From positions 1-55,255 of the forward strand of contig PPNB01000038.1 in the NCBI GenBank assembly GCA_003707115.1: DNA of 55,255 nucleotides. Direction: 5' to 3'. This document shows positions 51,085 through 55,255 of the stretch, one piece after another. Numbering within the stretch: position 1 is the first letter of the stretch; each line of letters opens with the position of its first letter. Below the pieces are notes generated by a model. The model was not told where the DNA came from. It worked only from the letters and a program-made list of their open reading frames with translations, and searched no databases. Origin of the DNA: Tortispora ganteri (lineage: Eukaryota). Made by a program: the position numbers and the translations under genes.

Positions 51085-54000
51085 ATGCTGAACGAAGGTA
51101 AAGTCAGTGATCATCATGATACTATCCATTCCTTAGCCAGAAGCCATCTCCAAGGCTCAGCCGCCGCAGCAAGATCTCCAAGTCTACATAGTCCCTCGGA
51201 CTTCAACGACCCGTCAGCGTAAGTATTTCACCACTCTTCCATTTTTACTCTTGGAGCAGGGCGCATGCCAGAATACTTATTATTACTCCTAATGCCCTGT
51301 TTCTCTTGTTTTTCAACTAATTCTTTAAAGGAAGTGGCTCTTTTATTTTCAGTTACTAACACCCAAAAGCAACACCACTCTGCAGTCCGTTGTACCTAAT
51401 GGTGTAGGTCCCTTGTTCCCTAACGGCACCCCGTCCCCCTCCAGGTGGAGAACCAACTCGGTCTCCTCTCAGTTCCTATCTTCGAAAGGCTTAGCTAGCA
51501 GATCAGAATCTCATCATCTTTCGTCTTTACTTTCCTTAACAAACTCAGACGTTGCCTCTTCTGCATCAGCATTCAGTAATTCATCGCTTAATTCTTTTCA
51601 ATCTGATTTCCCTGTGCACCCTGCTGTCAGACGTGCCCGTGCTGGAACCCTTCCCTCTCGTCTTCCTGCGCAACAGCTCACCTCTAATAACCAGCAGAAT
51701 CATCCTCGCTCTCCTTCCTCTTCCACTATTGTTACTTCTGATTCTCCTCCAAGCAGACCATACCTGTCAACAAGATTATCTCAAAGCCAAATCGGTTTGT
51801 CTTCCTCAAGAGTAGCGTCTGGTGCTTCTTCTCCCAATCATCATTTGCCTAAGCACTCGTCTGAACTTCGTACCAGAGCTATGTCCTCTTCTCCAAACGG
51901 CTCCCCGTTCAACTCCCCTCATCTTAATTCCAACCCTTGGACAGATCAGAGAGAATCTCGTCCTCGCACTATTTCTAGACTCTCTCAGGTTGACTCCGAT
52001 TTGTCCGATTCAGTTCACTCGGCCTCGCTTTCCGGTGATTCTCGTTTATTTACCAGTTCTCCAGGCCCGGATTACCTGTCAACCTCTCATCGAGATTCTG
52101 GTCAGAGCTTCCTCAAGTCTTCCCCCTCTTCCATGTTTGGTACTGCTATGAACTATTCACCTCCGCGTCATTCTCTTTCCAACAACGATCTGTATCTCTC
52201 TTCCTACAACAACAGGGAAAGATCCCACTCAGAGACTGTTCACACTTCTGACTATGATCAGCTCCGTATGCATATGGAGACACACAAAAAAGATATGCCG
52301 TTCAGTTCTTTACTGGACAAAACCTTTCCAGCTCGCCCGAGATCATATACCGATATGTTTGATAGGCAGCCTAATAATATTGCACTGGATTCCCATAAAT
52401 CTTTAGGATCTTCGTTGGTTAACCAGCCAAGTCACTCTGCTCAAATTGATAACTTTAGCGAGGGTGACAGGCATCAATACTCTTTAAAAGATGAAGCTAT
52501 TCACGATTCAACTGTCAATTTTCATCAGGATATTCACTCTCAACAAGCATCTAATTTTTCGAATGCTGATAGTATGACTCAATCTATGGAAAGACTTACT
52601 TTGACTGCCTCTTATCATAACAATACTATTCGTGAACCGTTCTCTGTGACCCCAGGAGTGCCAGACTCTAGATTTTATTCTCAATACTCTACTTCTTATC
52701 TACCCGCCACAACACCAGGAAATCGCTTCATTGACGATGATGTATTATATTCTCAAAACACCTATCATCGCTCGAACTATGGCTTATTTGAACCAATCGC
52801 TGACGATCAGGTTCAAACCGCTACAAGTTCCCTTTGGATTGGTAATGTGCCTGGAAATATAACGTCGTCCACTCTGTCCACGCTATTTGCTCCGTTTGGT
52901 GCTATTGAATCTGCTCGTGTTTTATCGCACAAATCGTGTGGCTTTGTGAATTACGAACTATTGGAGTCCGCTATTCAGGCTCGCTCTGCGATATTGTCTG
53001 GTTATCAGGTTTTCCCAGGGAACCCTCCTCCTCGAGTAGGGTTTGCTAAAGTAATGTGCAAAAGCTCGGGATATAGCCAGACTGGTTATGCTGCTGATCC
53101 AGTTACTCCACCGGTTGTCTCCGGTTTGGACACGTTTTCGTCATCCAATGGTAGCACATTAGCACCTGAAAGTGAATTCAATATGACCGCTGCCCCCGCT
53201 TTCTCTGAAATAGCTGATTCAGTTAAGGCCTCTTGTAAATTGCTTGGTGTTTCGGGAGCTTCTTATATGAACTGTTGTAGGTTGATCGATTCTGCATCAA
53301 GCGAAACGACCTATGAGTCTGATATCTCTAAGTCCATGCCGCCTGGCATGCCTCAACGCTTTGATGCAAACAAGCTTAAGGAATATCGTAAATCACTGGA
53401 CCATGATAGCTCTCCCGCTGGTGTGAAGGCGGTATTTGACGAATGCTCCTCGGACTTGGCGCTTCTTGCTTGTGATCATGTTGGTAATATGATCGTGCAG
53501 AAACTATATGAATGTGGCGACGCTCACTTACGAAGCACAATTTTGCAAATGCTTCTCCCATATCTAGCCTATATGGGTGTTCATAAAAACGGAACCTGGG
53601 CTGCTCAGAAGATTATTTCTTTGTCCTCTAATCCCTCAGATCTTACCATGATATCTCAGGCCTTGAGACCTTATATTGTGCCGTTGCTACTTGACCAATA
53701 CGGGAACTATGTTATACAAGGATGTTTAAGATTTGGATCACCTTTTATTGATTTTGTATCTGAGGCGATTATGTCGGAGTTTCTTGTGGTGTGCCGAAGT
53801 AGATTTGGATCACGGGCGGTACGTGCCTGTCTAGAAAGCTCGTATATTTCGGAACCATTAGAAACAGCTATAGCGGCGACAATTGCAGAATACGTCTGTC
53901 CACTATCTGTTAACGCAAATGGGTCTTTGCTTCTAACTTGGTACGTTGAGACTTGTCAATTACCGAATAGGTGTCTTCTTCTGGCGCAGAAAGCCCTTCC

Positions 54001-54352
54001 TGGACTGGTTTCGATTTGCTGCCACAGATTTGCACCGAATGCCATTCTCAAAGCCCTGCAATTTGCTAAAGAGCCGGAAGCACGGTATATCTTTTTAAAG
54101 GCGCTGTTTGACAGTGAAAATACTAAGAATCTGGAGGAAATTCTATCAGATCCTGTTCACGGACCAGCACTTATATACAAAGTAATTACTATGCCGGTGA
54201 TTGATAGGAAGTCTCAAGTCGAAGCGTGCGAGGTTGTTCTCAGAGTCCTCAATAAAATGCGTGTGCTCAGATCCGAGGCATATCGAAAACTTGTGGACGA
54301 GCTGAACGCTTTAGGGAATTTTGGTTCACCTGTGTTCACTGCTTCAAACTAA
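51085..54352 (+). CDS. JSN1: Jsn1/Puf2-type RRM plus Pumilio RNA-binding protein; exon 1 51085-51218, intron from 51219 to 51369 (or 51330)
   Basis: RRARAGTLPS, RRM (SLWIGNV, ESARVLSHKSCGFVN), Puf repeats (GVHKNGTWAAQK, DQYGNYVIQ). The GTAAGT donor and in-frame acceptors supply the missing ATG. Confidence 0.9.
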
Positions 54353-55154
54353 TCCATTTTCCTCTACTGATACAACCTCACAACGCAATTCATTTAATAC
54401 ATTATTTTTTATTTATCAACTAGAACATACTGGACTGTATGTTGTGTTACACTTGGCCCATGTCCCCCGTTAACTAAAAGTAAGGTCGTCTTTTAATAAT
54501 CACGCTTCTGTTTATTTATCTGCACTGTACGTTCCTTGGGTGCATGCGTATCCTGTTGGATATAGCAAGCCAATTCAGTCCGTCACTTGACCGAGGATTA
54601 AACCGCTTAGATATACATCAGGGTTAAACACCAGATAATCAAAGCACGGCTCGGGTCGCATATTATGAGCAAATGTATCATCTATATAAAGGCACGTCAC
54701 ACCGACCTTGAAAGATAGGTATGTTCAGTAGTCATATTCAAAAGCATCGAATGTAACTCGTGGACCACCCAGTCTGCCTTAACTCTAACTTTAATTTATG
54801 TTAGGGAAACATGCAAATAAGCTATATGTAATTATTGCTAAAATTATAGGTCACTTGAATCGTATTTTGATTATTTGATATACGGATCAATATGATAAAT
54901 TCTTGCATGTTGTATACTATGATATATGGGAATTTTTTTTTTAGATGGTGGTGTACATAAAAGTGGCGAACTCGGCATTAATGACCTTCAAGGCGCTCGC
55001 ACCGTTCGATCAGCTTTCCGATATCTAACGTTATAGCCTTAAGTTAGTTTTAGTACACATTCTTACAACCTTAATTCACCCAGTCGATCTAAACTGATGA
55101 CTTATATCTGCAGGGGCTTTTCGCCCTTTTTAGATCTTCTTTCCTTCTCCAAGG

Positions 55155-55255
55155 ATGAAAACAATCACGGAAATTGAGACTTACCTGTGTGAGCCTCCGG
55201 TAGATACTACCACAGTATATGCTCGTTCTTCCTCCTCGACTAAGGGACTAGCTAC
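55155..55255 (+). CDS. Possible 5' end of the next gene (MKTITEIETYLCEPP...)
   Basis: ATG at 55155, open to the window end; no recognisable motif. Confidence 0.3.
   Translation, partial: MKTITEIETYLCEPPVDTTTVYARSSSSTKGLA

Noticed and set aside
54719..55036. Possible 5'-UTR intron (GTATGT...CTAAC-GTTATAG) or snoRNA host
   Set aside because: Several competing acceptors, no coding exon to test the frame, and no convincing C/D or H/ACA boxes.
1..55255. tRNA, rRNA, transposons, CRISPR arrays, biosynthetic clusters
   Set aside because: No cloverleaf/B-box, LTR/TIR, transposase or repeat-spacer pattern was seen; the genes are unrelated housekeeping functions.

Overview
Gene-dense, intron-poor budding-yeast (Saccharomycotina) chromosomal segment. 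CTG occupies invariant Leu positions (e.g. INO80 GILADE), so the code is standard, and the Pezizomycotina-like gene content suggests an early-diverging lineage. The ORF track shows about 22 protein genes: Adh6-like, Sou-like SDR, RING/RE-rich protein, ELMOD, ArgRS, TRM732, CBR1, CPS1, RUP1-like, acyl-CoA dehydrogenase, LSG1, PRR1-like kinase, INO80, LTV1, Gac1-like, NIP7, SRP72, PRCC-like, CLC, AVO1/SIN1, ECL1, VPS72 and JSN1. Reading the DNA adds several features the track misses: a two-exon SPO12 gene, a compact U1 snRNA gene, a 1055-nt intron giving the Gac1-like gene its real N-terminus, and a JSN1 intron with two in-frame AAG acceptors. The most notable is a ~1.6-kb ORF-free region (about 46715-48305) that folds into nested long-range helices, has a TATA box upstream, and ends in an H-box/hairpin/ACA module. 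It is a candidate giant H/ACA RNA or telomerase-RNA-like transcript. All identifications come from motif recognition and manual folding; no searches were run.
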